Source of the DNA: Octopus sinensis
Lineage: Eukaryota
Assembly: GCF_006345805.1 (NCBI RefSeq)
Contig: NC_042997.1
Location: 52,204,001 to 52,268,000, forward strand
Reading direction: 5' to 3'
DNA length: 64,000 nt
Shown here: positions 49,690 through 62,416 of the stretch, piece by piece
Layout of the letters: each line of letters opens with the position of its first letter
Numbering within the stretch: the first letter of the stretch is position 1
Program-made: the position numbers and the translations under genes
Notes under the pieces: generated by a model
What the model was told of the DNA's origin: nothing
Database searches by the model: none
What the model saw: the letters and a program-made list of their open reading frames with translations, nothing else

Positions 49690-51700
49690 TCTCGAATGTG
49701 GTAGGTTCTTTCTTTTGTACCAGCTTTCATTCTTTTTCCAACTCTGCTTTAATAACTGTGTTACCCCCAGAGCAGTGGAAAATTGATAGTGTCATTCCCT
49801 TGTTCAAAAAGGATGATCGCACCTCATCTGTCAACTACTGTCCAGTCAGTCTTACTTGCTGCATTGCCAAACTGATGAAGTTCTGTTTCAGAGAAACACC
49901 CTAGAAATTCTGGAATCCTCACAACCTTATTTGACCCACACAATTTGGATTTATCCCTAACTCCAGCTACTGTGGCCAACTCATTAAGCCTCTTCTCCTT
50001 ATTTCCTCAAAGACATCCATCATCTCGAAAGAGTCCAGAAGCTGGCTACTCGCATGGTTCTTGGTCTCAAGCATTTGTCTTATGAAGAAAGGCTGAAGAC
50101 GCTCGACCTTTATTCTCTAGAAAAACGCCGCTGCCGTGGTGATCTCATTCTTGCTCACTACATCATAAGCGGAAAGTGTAACCTCTCAAAAGAGCTGTTC
50201 TTCACTCCTGCTCCAGAGCATGGGCTGTGGGGTCACTCTGAAAAGCTCTATCTACGACGATTTCATCTCAATCGAAGGAGAGGGGCTTTCTCCATCCGGG
50301 TTGCGGATCCATGGAATAAGCTGCCAGACGAGATAGTGAAGATGCCGACGACCGCTCAGTTCAAAGTCTCTCTTGACCAGAAATGGCCTGAACTCTTTGT
50401 ATGACCACCCTCCCTGTACATAACTCCCTGTCCCCTTACATGGCCTTGCTTTTGCTTTTTGAGCCAATAAAAATTGAATTGAATTGAATTGAAGACTTCA
50501 CCCAAATTAGTGATGGCAGCTTATGGCTAGATGTTATCTATCTTGACTTTGCTAAAGCCTTCAATTCTGTGCCACACGAATGACTGATGACAAAACTTAC
50601 TGTAATGGGTGTGAAAAATGATCTCTATTATAACTGGCTGAAGTCCTTCATTCTTGGTTGAAAAGTGGTAATCATAATTCTAGGACATCATTCATCACCT
50701 TATGAGATGACACCTGCTGAAACCACAGGGATACATTCTTGGACCCCTATTGTTTGTTGCATATATGAATGACATAGATGCTAACTAGAAGAATTTTGCA
50801 GTGTTGAAATATGTAGAGGAGATCCAAGTTGTGCCTCAAGATAAAAAGAACAGATCCTATATGCAATAGATATTACCTGCAAATCAACCCTGGACACTAT
50901 GCAGCAATGAATTACAAACTGGCAACTCAAGCTGGCTGTGTGACAAGTGCACCACCATGCATTTTGGGTGGTAAAACCCAGCTTTTACATGCTCCCTCAA
51001 CAACACCAAGCTTAAGAAGTGTGTTAGCAAATGTGACCTGGGTATTATTGTCAACAGCAATCTACATTGGAGAAACCACATCTCTAAGATTATCAAGAAG
51101 GCTGAGGGTGTCTTAGCATCACTCAGTAAGAGCTTTGTTGGCTGCTCTCCAGCTATCAATTTAAAGTTGTATATGACTATGGTACATCCATGCTTAAAAG
51201 TTTGCATCACCAGTCTGGAACCCATCTTGCTCAGCATATCAGTCTCCTGGAAACTGTTCAGAAATATGCAACCAGAAGAAATACCCACCATCAGCCATCT
51301 GCCATACTTTGACTGTCTTGCTTCCCTGGGCATGGACACATTGAAGCTCCAACATCTAGCTACTACCTTGGTAGACACCCACACAATTAAACACCATTTT
51401 CCTAACAACAACATTGGGCACCTTTTTGAATTTCATGTCTAACACCTGTTGACATGATTACAAAATCATAAAACAACACAGTACCCATGACTTTTGGAAA
51501 CATTTTTTTTACATAGACAATTGCTGCAGCATAGAACAAACTACCTGCATCAGTTGTTAGCTGTTAGGACACTACATCCTCCAAAACTTCCGTGCTTCCC
51601 AAAATTCAGCAGCACAGCACACCTGATACCCTCCACTTTTTTTTTTAATGACTCCTTCACTGTTCACTTTCTCTGCATTATTATTATTATCATTATTCAA
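49690..51700 (+). mobile_element. Old CR1-clade LINE RT remnant with a younger CR1-type 3' fragment (about 49990-50493) nested inside
   Basis: The outer element shows VIPLFKK..R....NY.PVSLT and LDVIYLDFAKAF..VPH. The inner ORF 50054-50404 (SYEERLKTLDLYSLEKRRCRGDLI...WNKLP) ends in an (ATTGA)n tail. Confidence 0.85.
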
Positions 51701-52060
51701 TGTCGTATTTGTAATGCTATTGATCCTGATCTATCTTCTAAATTGGATTCACTCATCGTTGTCATGTGGCTTCCTTGTCTCTTTTCTATAAGTATTTTCA
51801 TGGACATTGTTCAGCTGAGCTCTCTTCTCTGGTTCCTCCTCTAAGAACTTATCAGCAATCGACTAGACTTGCATCCAGTTCTCATCAGTATACTGTGCAA
51901 CCTCCTAAGTGTCGTAAAGCACTTTTCAGGACCAGCTTCTTCCCTCGCACCTCTGAACTTTGGAATTCCCTTCCACAGTCTTGTTTTCCTCTTCGATATG
52001 ACCTCTCACCTATTGACTTCTGTCTAGCGTCCGTTTTATTCTAGCAGCTCTTACGTTTTC
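51700..52060 (+). mobile_element. L2/Crack/Jockey-group LINE 3' end
   Basis: SLSLFYKYFHGHCSAELSSLVPP...SFFPRTSELWNSLP, an ORF2 C-terminus. Confidence 0.75.
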
Positions 52061-52559
52061 AGTGGTCTAAGGACCTTGTAATGAGCAAATGCTTTAAACA
52101 AAAAAAATTATTGTGCATCTACTTTTGGTTACTTTTTCTGATGAGTTGTTGTGTACATGAGCATTGTATACAATAAGTTCAGTATTATTATTATAAATTA
52201 TTTTCAACAACAATACATAACTAAATTTCCTGAAAATAATGGAAGTAAATTTTTTTGTATGTATTTTCTATTTTAAGCCACCTATTTGTTATATTTTTCT
52301 ATTTTTCTTCCTTGCTTTTATATTTTACTAAATGCTATATATTATATTTAAAAATTACATAATATTTTCTCAAGGCGAAACCATTATTTTCCCTTAAGTG
52401 GGTTTATTCTATATATATTATTGAAAATTATATGTAAATTTCAATAAACTATTGGGTAGTGTTTGAAGCATTACAAGAGGTGTTTACAATTGAGTGTCTT
52501 AACCATTTCATTATTATATTTTTGGTAAAATACACTATATTCCACTGGTTGGGTAATGT

Positions 52560-53105
52560 TAGTGTGCATGCATGGGTATAAGAGGCCTCAGATGTCATGT
52601 GCAACAGAGAAGATTGTGTTGGTTTGGTCATGTGATGCATATGGATGAGGACAGCTGCATAAAGAAGTGCCTAGCTCTAATTGTGGAGGGTACCTGTGGA
52701 GGGGATAGACCCAAAAAGACATGAGACAAAGTGATGAGAAAGGATCATCAGATGCTGGGCCTCACTGAGGAAATGACAAAGGACTGGGAGACAGGGCGAT
52801 TTGCTGTACTTGTGGAGACGTGTCAAACTAAGTAATATCGCTGTCTTCCACATATACAGACTTGCACCTTTCAGGTGCCAGTGCTGCATAAACAGACCTG
52901 TGCCAGTGCTGCATAAATACACCTGTGCTAGTGGCATGTAAAAAGCACCCAGCACTCTCTGTTCAATGGTTGGTGTTAGGAAGGACATCCAGCCATAGAA
53001 ACTATGCCACAACAGACAATGGGTGTCTGCCCAACTCCATGTCAAACCGTCCAACCCATGCCAGCACAGAAAGCGGACATTAAATGGTGGTGGTGGTGAC
53101 GACGA
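52560..53105 (+). mobile_element. RTE-clade LINE 3' fragment showing ORF2 end joined to the family B 3' UTR
   Basis: Translates QQRRLCWFGHVMHMDEDSCIKKC...EGTCG..RPKKT, continuous with the family B sequence and a (GGT/GAC)n tail. Confidence 0.8.
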
Positions 53106-55023
53106 CACTGACTTTGTTTTAATTAATTATTAAAATAATGACTCATTTAAAAAAAAATAATTTCGGCATTATTAAGCTGTTGCTTAGAACATAAATTTAT
53201 GAAATTTTTGATGAGAAGTCCTTTAGAAAAGGTAGCTTGTATCCCTAGAACTTAGAGTGATCTCAGCTAGAGTTGTATGTAAACAAAGATCAGCTTCGGG
53301 CATATACGATTGTAAGAGGGAATAAGTCATAGATAGAGCTTAGGCTAGGAAAACGTGCTTCTCAATAATTGGCGGATTTAGTAGCTGTCAAATCTTTCTC
53401 AAAATAATTTGGTTTTTTAAATGAAAATCATGTCTTATGTTGGCACAATAAAGTAACAGTCTCTATACTTTAAAACACTCAGGTATTATTTGAGAAGGGA
53501 AATAACTGAGAATAATTTATATTATGTATTTTACTCAGTTGTGTCCCTTCTTAATAGCCTGCGAGGAATTTCTCCAAATAGTGTGCCATAAGAGATAACT
53601 AAAAGGGTCACAGTCAGGGAGAGCATGCTACTGTAAAGCACCGTTTCAGAAAAATCCCGTCCCACTCATGCTAGCATGGATAAGCAGGCATAAAAATGAT
53701 GGTGTATATACTCAAACGTATACGAAGAAATATTTCTATATATTATCGTTTAATTTTTAAATGCCTTTCTTAAGTCTACAATATTATTGATTTCCTTTAC
53801 TCATTAAATATTATTATTATTTCATCAAAATGCTAATCTATTTTGTTTATATTAAAGAAATGATGTTTCAAAATTATAAACTCGAAAATAAGTTTATAGT
53901 TATTCACCACATCTTTGCTCCATTCAATGCTAACCCACATAAGAGCATCCTTTTTTAAGTTTTCAATGAAACAATTAATTGTTTCATTTTTGGATTTGGT
54001 TTGCAAGATTCTTTTTATGAGTTCGTGTGTTGAAGCATATTCTGTTGTGTCTGGGGAGAGTCATTTTCTTTTTGTACCTTATAATGTAACACACTCACCG
54101 GTAAAATTTCTTATTTTTATTTTCCTAAAATTTTTGTTGTGTCTTGCAACCTTTTCAATAGTCTTAACTATTGTTATTATTTCTAAAAGACGATACTTTT
54201 TGGATGGGCACAACTATACAGTTGTGAAGTTCTTCTCCATGACCCCTGAGAGAAATGTGCAAAATACCATTTCATGATTGTGTTTGTGCATGAGAGAGAG
54301 AGAAAGAGAGAAACTATGTATATACTAGTTTAAATCCATCATGAGTACCATATAGGTATTTCTGTCACTAAAGAAAGATAGTGCTTTAAAAGTAATGCAA
54401 GTATATGATAAAACAAAATTCATAAAATGAGTAGTAGTTTAAGTACTAGTGTTGATATAAATAACTAAAAATACTTAGCATGGCTGCAATCCAGTGAGTG
54501 AAACCAGTAAAAGTATAATCAAATATAGTATAAAGAGAATCATCATCATTGTTTTTATGTCTACTTTTTAATGCTTGCATCAGTCAGATGAGAGTGCACT
54601 ATGACAGAGTTTTCTACAGACAGGTGCCTTTCCTGTTACCTACCCCTACTTGTTTCAAAGGAACATAATAATATCCTTATCTATCAAACAACAAATAGCC
54701 CAGACATGCTTTCATGGTGGACTGCAAGCAAACAACACTGCCAGCAAGTTAATGTTTACAACCAGTATACATAGATGAAGACCATGGAAATAAAAACTTA
54801 CACATGTACACACACACACACAGATTTTTATTAATACTGAAGCTGAAAGTTTCCAAAGATCATAGTGGTAAGAAGCTCTAGTTATGACAGATTCTTTGCT
54901 TCAATTTTAATAAAAAATTATATCCTCTGTAACATGTATTGGGCACTCCTTTCTTATTAAGCAACATGTGTGTGTGTATATGTATATATATATCTATATA
55001 AACACACACACACACACACATAC

Positions 55024-56000
55024 TGGGTGTTTGGGCTAAATTTGACAGTTTGCATAAAAGTTAAAGAAAACACAATATCCTATCCAAAGATTGATTTATT
55101 TTAAAAAATAAAAAAAATAACTAAATTATGGCTGGGAGATAAGTTTCCTCAAAGTAGCCACCTTCATCTTCTACCATGCCCTCAGACAGCTCCAGATCCT
55201 GGCACATGCATTTCTTGCTGTATTCCCGGAAAGATCTTTTAATACTCCTTTATATTATAATACACGCCATGTATCATTATCTATGATACTACAATTAGGG
55301 CAGTTAGGAATCCAGAAATTGGAGCTGGTGGAGTCACAGAAATTCTCTGACAACCATTTCTGACTCTTTTTGGCAATATGGCAAGGAGCCAAATCTTGCT
55401 GCCATGCATATGGTTTTCCAGCGGCAACCCTCTCCAGTCAAGGTTTGAAAACAGTCTGCAGCAGCTTTACACAGCTAAATTGTGCCTAAGGTCCTGTTTG
55501 AAGATGTGGGGTAGCATGACCTCATTCTCACTGGAGACACATCCAAAGACCATCACAGTTTGTGGGAATTTAATTTTCATATGTGGGACATCATAAAGAT
55601 TGTTGTTTTGGATGTTGTGCAACTAGTCCTGGTTGAGGTTTTTTCCATCTGAGAAGAACTAGATCATCCCTGGCTAACAGGATGCCTCAGCTTCTTCAGG
55701 ATTTTCTTTGTTCCATTAAGCAGTTCTCTTTGGCCTTAGCTGTCAAAATTTGTTCTTTGCACCTCTTGTGTTAGTGGTAGCAAAGATCCTCGTTCAAGGC
55801 TAGCTTCATGGTGGTGACTCCAACACCAAAGCCCAGTTTCCCTTGCTTGGATCTTTCATTATCTTGTCTTGCAGTTGTTGGATGCATTCTGGTGTGCAGA
55901 TGTACTCAGAATTCCTGGCACAAATCATAACACAGGTAACTCTTTTCCATTATTCAGGTGGCTTCCAATTCTCCATGTCAGTTAACTTTAATCATTATGC
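55024..56000 (-). mobile_element. Degenerate Tc1/mariner transposase remnant
   Basis: Minus strand reads WQQDLAPCHIAKKSQKWLSENF...W.PNCP.C..ID, the DD-x-D/E region. Boundaries are approximate. Confidence 0.7.
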
Positions 56001-56322
56001 TCTACAACGCCATTAACTATTCACCAATATATCTGGCTGTTCTTGAAAAAGAGGAACTTTAAAAAAATTGTTAAATATATAGATTTGATGATTTCAGTTT
56101 CCATCTGCCAAATCCACTCACAAGGCTTTAGATGGCCAGCCAGATTTATAGCAGAAAATTCTTGCCCATGGTGTCATGCAGTGGGATTGAACTTAAAACT
56201 ACATGGCTGGGGATTGAACTTCCATACAGCCATACTTATCTTACTATTACTAATCTTCTCTCAATCTTTTTTTTTTCCTACTTCATATGACTATCTGTTA
56301 TTCTTTTTTTTAATATTTCCAG

Positions 56323-56359
56323 AGATCCAGAAAGCCTGTATTTAGCAAGTTCATCTAAG
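56323..56359 (+). CDS. NLE1: NLE1 exon 7 (DPESLYLASSSK, 37 nt)
   Basis: Acceptor ttcttttttttaatatttccag, donor AAG|gtaatt. Phase 2/0 bridges exons 6 and 8 and matches human NPECRYVASSSK as recalled. Confidence 0.9.
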
Positions 56360-56704
56360 GTAATTCTCATCATTGACAATCTCCTACAATTTTACTTATT
56401 ATACTTAGGCAGCGCATATATCATATTATTACTTGTAGTATGTGTAAAGTGATTCAATTATTGCAAAATATTGTCCAGTTATCGACATTGGCGTGATGTC
56501 TCTTCCTTAAAATACTTATCTAATCTTTGTCATAAACGAATATGAAAAATATCCTCTTATCTTTTATAGTGTTGTTAAGTAGCGCCCAGTTTTCTTTGTT
56601 TAACAATATGGGCTGCAGTGTTTAATTGTGTATAGCATCATAACGATGTCACCTTTTAACCTGGTACTTATACTTCCTCTCGTAATCAAGATAGATATAT
56701 TTTA

Positions 56705-57100
56705 TTTGTTTATGTCATTAGACTGCAGCCATGCTGGGGCACCGCCATGAGGAATTTTTAGTTGAACTAATCAACCTAAGTACTTATGTTCTATTTTTTT
56801 TAAGCATGTACTTATTCTTTCGGTCTCTTTTGCCAAACCGCTAATTTATGGGGATGTAAACACACCAACACTGGTTGTCAAGTAGTGGTTGGTGACAAAC
56901 ACACATACACATATACATATACGATGGGTTTTTTTTTTCTTTTAGTTTCCGTCTATCAAATCCACTCACAAAGCTTTGGGCGGCCTGAAGCTGTAGTCTA
57001 TAGTAGAAAACACTTTCCCAAGGTGCCACACAATGGGAGTGAACCTGGAATCATGTGGTTGGGAAGCAAATTTCTTACCATTCAGCCACACCTGTGCCTA
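56705..57100 (-). mobile_element. tRNA-derived SINE family A (degenerate)
   Basis: Reverse-complement copy. Confidence 0.75.
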
Positions 57101-57933
57101 CATGCCTTAAATAGCATGTAAAGGGGAAGAACTTTGAAGAGCTTACTAGAAATTCTATACCCTCTTCTCTCTGTTATAAAATATTTTATTAATATGAAAA
57201 GCGAACATCATTAAGTTATGATTTCTAAAATCTTGGTTTCCATGACATTTTCACCATGTAAGTTGCTTCTAAATAGCCAATAGGTATAGTCTGGTGGTTC
57301 CCACGCCATTTTGGTTTTTGCCTTTTTCCATTCTGATTCTGCATATTCTTATCTTATAGCTACATTTACTGGCTTCACAAACTTCAGTTGATGTTTTTAT
57401 ATATGCTGTACAGTGTATATATTCCATTAGCTTTCACATTTAACTCATGACAACGCATGAATATATTCTCTAGTTATTAGGAATAATGTGGTATTAAATC
57501 AGTTTGGAAACTCAACTAATATGCCTTTTTGCCATTTCGTGTGTGTATGTAGAGGGGCAAATTACTTCCTCCTCTATTTGAATTATTTCTGCGTTTCTAC
57601 AAAAGTTTTATCGATTTCAACATTTTCATTATTTACTTTAAATTATTGTTTAAAAGATTACTAGTTAAAGAAAAGTTGTTTCCCTTAGTTATAAAGGCAC
57701 GGTATTATTGTTTTAAAGCAAAATTAGCCCATTCTCTGCTGAAAGTCGTTCCCGCCGTAGGCAACGCGTTCTTCTTGGAACAATAGATGTGATTCAAATA
57801 AGATTTTACGACCTCTCGCAGAGGGAATGATAACGTAAATGCTTTTCTGTCATTGATGTGAATTAAATATGTAAATATAAGCAAGAGTTACCTCCCTTAT
57901 TTATTATTTATATTTTTTTCTGAACAAATTATA

Positions 57934-58808
57934 CCGGTTGTCTTAAAAGTTACTGGTGAGTTTCAATTCTTGATAACTTCCTTACCTGTACAAATAAATG
58001 CATGAAATTTTGATAAAATATAAAGGACATAATGGAAATTAATATGCACGAGTCAAATTTTGCAACACCACTATATCACATGAAAAATGGCATCGTTTAA
58101 ATGGCAGCCATTTTCGGCTTCTCTTGCCCGTGCTCTTTCAAAACTTGCACCATAACACCCTCAAGAGTCTCAGAGCCCACTTCTCTGCTTTCTCTATTGA
58201 TGTTCTTCAGTTGGACCAGGGTCTCCGGTTTGTGAACATAAACCCTCTCTTTCAGGTACCCCCACAAGAAAAAATCCAAGCTAGTCAAGTCTGGGGAATG
58301 TGAAGCCCATCCAAAGTAGTTCCATGGTTCCAGCAAGATGGGGCAACTGCTCATACCACAAGAGTAACAATGCAGTTGCTACGGTAGTACTTTGGAGAGA
58401 AAATAATCTCCTGCTACAGCAAGGCCAACTGGTCTTCATGTTCCTCAGACTTGACTATCCTAGATTTTTTTCTTGTGGGAATACCTGAAAGAGGGGTTTT
58501 ACGTCAACAAACCAGAAACCCTAGTGCAACTGAAGGAGAACATCAGTAGAGAAATCAGAGAAGTAGGGTTCTGAAACTCTTGAGGGTTTTATGGTTTTGG
58601 AAAGAGCATGGGCATGTGAAGCCGAAAATGTCTGCCACTTTAAGCAATGTCATTTTTCATATGTGATGTAGTGGTGTTGCAAAATTTGACTTGTGCATAT
58701 TAATTTCCATTATGTCCTTTATATTGCAACAAAATTTCATGCATTTGTTTGTAAAGTTAAGGAAGTTACCAAAAATTGAAACCCATCAGTGACTTTTGGG
58801 ACATCTTG
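57934..58808. mobile_element. Fold-back Tc1/mariner derivative made of two inverted transposase 3' ends
   Basis: The left arm (minus) encodes WASHSPDLTSLDFFLWGYLKERVYVHKPETLVQLK and the right arm (plus) encodes WFQQDGATAHT plus the same segment. TA flanks at 57932-57933 and 58809-58810. Confidence 0.8.
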
Positions 58809-59134
58809 TAATTTAAAGCAATTTTAGTTTCCTTCATACCTTTAGAAAAGCATAGAAGTCTTCCAATTTTTTTGCCACTAATATACAAGGCTTTTTCTGT
58901 ATGATCAAAGTAAGAAAGAGAAGACATGATTATCTTTGGAATCTTGATTATTAGTGTTAAAATTTTCATTTCAGTATTATCAAAATTATTGTAGAATCTA
59001 CTAAAGTTACAGTTAGAGTTCAGTTTATAAAATAATGGGTATGATGTCAACAAACTGGAATACTTCAATTGATTTGTCAATATTTTAAACAAAGTCAAAA
59101 TTTGGTAAAATTATTTGGCTTCGTAATACTCTGT

Positions 59135-59405
59135 CATCATCATCATCATTTAATGTCCACTTTCCATGCTGGCATGGGTTGGACAGTTTGACTGAGGACT
59201 GGCAAACCAGATGGCTGCACCAGGCTCCAATCTGATCTGGCAGAGTTTCTACAGCTGGATGCCCTTCCTAACACCAACCACTCCGAGAATGTAGTGGGCG
59301 CTTTTACGTGCTAAGGTACAAGGTGTTACTGGCTATGGCCACGCTCAAATGGTGTCTTTTTACATGCCACCTGCACAGGAGCCAGTCCAGCGGCACTGGC
59401 AATGA
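59135..59405 (-). mobile_element. RTE-clade 3' end (family B)
   Basis: (CAT)n tail and core. Confidence 0.8.
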
Positions 59406-60004
59406 CCTTGTTTGAATATTGTTACAATGAAATAGGTATAGGTGATCTTCAGGTGTTACTTCATAGTTTGAAAAGTTGTTATAACTGTTAAACTGCATAT
59501 ATAAATCACACACTTACATGCATGCGCACATGCTCATGTGTGTGTATGTATGCATGTACTCTTCTATTTTCTTTGATACAAATTTGAAATAACCATCTGT
59601 TAGTGCAAGGAAGCATATGAAAGTTACAAAAGATATAAATTTTGAAATAATTCTGTGCTAATAATATTCATGGTTTAGAAATTCAAAATGCTGCTACCAA
59701 ACCTGCTAAGCATATGAACATGAAGAATTTTGAAGCTAGTGACAGGCAGTTATCACAATTTAGAAACTACCATGGAATGGGTCATAAAATTACCAGGTGC
59801 TACTTTAAAGTGCAGACTACCGCAGTATCTATATTTAGCATGCGGTCTACTGCAGTATCCTGTCTACACTGTGAAATTACTTTTAGTGTGCCTTTTAGTC
59901 TACTTTTTCTTATCCTTTTACACTTTAGCATGCAATCTACCTCCACTATAAGAACTTTATCCTACAAAATGATAAAAACAAATTGAATAATGTTGAATAA
60001 TGTA

Positions 60005-60156
60005 ATAGCTGTGTGGTACGTGGCTTGCTTACCAACCACATGGTTCCAGGTTCAGTCCCACTGTGTGGCACCTTGGGCAAGTGTCTTCTACTGTAGCCTT
60101 AGGCTGACCAAAGCCTTGTGAGTGGATTTTGTAGATGGAAACTTAAAAAAGCCAGT

Positions 60157-60214
<58 letters not shown>

Positions 60215-60418
60215 GTGTGTGTGTGTGGGTCTGTGTTTGTCCCCCCAACATTGCTTGACGACCGATGCTGGTGTGTTTATGTCCCCGTAACTTAGCAGTT
60301 CGGCAAAGGAGACCAATAGAATAAGTACTAAGCTTACAAAGAATAAGTCCAGAGGTTGATTTGCTCAACTAAAGGCGGTGCTCCAGCATGGCTGCAGTCA
60401 AATAACTGAAACAAGTAG
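60005..60418 (+). mobile_element. tRNA-derived SINE family A
   Basis: Near full-length copy. Confidence 0.85.
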
Positions 60419-60959
60419 ATCGCACACTAAAGTAGGATACTGAGGTACATTGCACGCTGAAGTAGCACCAATTACCCTAACCCAAGAAATTAAGCCATCC
60501 AAAAAGAGATTTAAAATTACTTGAGTATGAACAGTTCCTTATTTCTCGTGTGTATAATAATGATGCAATTGATTTGTAGTGGTAGTTACTAATTTGCAAT
60601 ACTCAAGCTTTCAAGAATGAAGCCTCTACACTAGATCATAAATTGAGTAAAACACATATTCAAGTATTGTGTTACACAAATGCAGGTGGTATACATCATT
60701 TAAAGTTAGTGCTAGGAGGCAATCAGCTTCGCCATGAGTTTTGAGACATAGTGTACCAGCTACCACTGCATTGATGTGATTCTAAGAAATCATGTTTCAG
60801 CATGTTTATCTTTAATGACTGGTTTTCTTCCAGTAGTGTGTAAATATCAGGAAGATGTCTTCAAACTTTTTCCTTGTTGAGTGAAAAAGTGCTACTGATT
60901 TGGGGCTACATGGTCACCCAGTACATTCTAGGTGCCAATTATTACTTTTATGATGAAGG

Positions 60960-61167
60960 CAACAAGCTGGCAGAATTGTTAGCATGCTGGGCAAAATGCA
61001 TAGTGGCATTTCATCCATCTTTACATTCTGAGTCCAAATTCCACTGAGGTTGACTTTGCTTTTCATCCTTTCAGGATCAATAAAATAAGTACCAGTTGAG
61101 CACTAGGATCGATGTAATTGACTTATCCCTACCCTGAAATTACTGGCCTTGTGCCAGAATTTGAAAC

Positions 61168-61170
<3 letters not shown>
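60960..61170 (+). mobile_element. SINE family C (degenerate)
   Basis: Family C head and core. Confidence 0.65.
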
Positions 61171-61206
<36 letters not shown>

Positions 61207-61461
61207 GAAAACATTGAGGTAGTGGTGATAACTTTTGACAGCAGCAGTAGTGGTAGTAGTAGTAGTAGTAGTAGTAGTCCTTCTTTTAGTGGTGGTGGTG
61301 GTGGAGGGGGGCTCTAAGAGGTGATAATTCAAACAGAATGCCAAAATTTGAAATCAGTATTATTTTTATAATGTAGCCAATGACTTAGGGTATAATATTA
61401 ACTTGCAAAAGATGATATGTGTACATTATATAAAGAATAAAATTTTGGTTATGACTGATTA

Positions 61462-61466
<5 letters not shown>

Positions 61467-61536
<70 letters not shown>

Positions 61537-61552
61537 CTCTCTCGCCATACAG

Positions 61553-61597
<45 letters not shown>
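61467..61597. repeat. (CT)n and (TA)n microsatellites
   Basis: Seen directly in the sequence. Confidence 0.95.
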
Positions 61598-61599
<2 letters not shown>

Positions 61600-61844
61600 A
61601 AAGTTAATGATTAATATTTTAGCTATTAAGAAATATATATTTTTTTTAAAAACATTACACCTAGAATAATAAATACATAAAAATATAAGAAAATGTACTG
61701 ATGAGTTGAGTTTCATCTTCTGTGATGTTATACATGTATATTCTATGTGAAACAAAAAAGCATTTTGTAATTAAATGTTCGAGATATGAAATGTTACGTG
61801 GATGACCTTGTATTCGTTTGTTCTGCAACAACAGTTTAATATAT

Positions 61845-62105
61845 CATCATCATCATCATCATCATCATCATTTAACGTCCGTTCTCCATGCTAGCATGGG
61901 TTGGACGGTTCGACCGGGGATCTGGGAAGCCAGAAGGCTGCACCAGGCTCCAGTCTTATTTGGCAATGTTTCTACAGCTGGATGCCCTTCCTAACGCCAA
62001 CCACTCCGTGAGTGTAGTGGGTGCTTTTTATGTGCCACCTGCACAGGTGCCAGGCAAGGCTGGCAACGGCCACGGTCGGATTGGTGTATTTTATTACGTG
62101 CCACC
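61845..62105 (-). mobile_element. RTE-clade 3' end (family B)
   Basis: (CAT)n tail and core. Confidence 0.8.
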
Positions 62106-62260
62106 ATCTATATCTGTATAGTATTTTGCATATATCTGGGCTTCACTCTCATCTATCTTTTTGGGCAATGTAAGTAGAAACACACAAGAATGTCTGTTCT
62201 TTATATCTGCTCATAATGTATATCTATTTGTAATTGTTCATCTTTTTTTTTTTTAACCAG

Positions 62261-62416
62261 GACGGCTCAGTTCGAATTTGGAATACCGTACTCAGCCAGT
62301 GTTGTGTTACTCTGAATGGTCATTTACAGTGTGTTACTTGCATCAAATGGGGTGGTGAGAATCTAATATTCTCTTCATCCCAAGATCGTACCATCAAAGT
62401 ATGGAATCCAGAAGAT
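62261..62416 (+). CDS. NLE1: NLE1 exon 8 (DGSVRIWNTVLSQCCVTLNGHLQCVTCIKWGGENLIFSSSQDRTIKVWNPED); gene continues beyond the window
   Basis: WD40 repeat with the VTC.KWGG..LI.S.SQDRTIKVW Notchless signature. Phase 0/0. Confidence 0.95.

Noticed and set aside
52138-52170. Other CTGANGA heptamers (e.g. 52138, 61697, 36410, 17290 minus)
   Set aside because: None has a flanking stem II followed by GAAA and an NUH triplet, so these are chance matches.
59714-59986. ORF beginning MNMKNFEASDRQLSQFRNYHG
   Set aside because: It resembles a short pogo/Tigger CENP-B HTH relic but is too short and degenerate to call as a gene or a bounded element.
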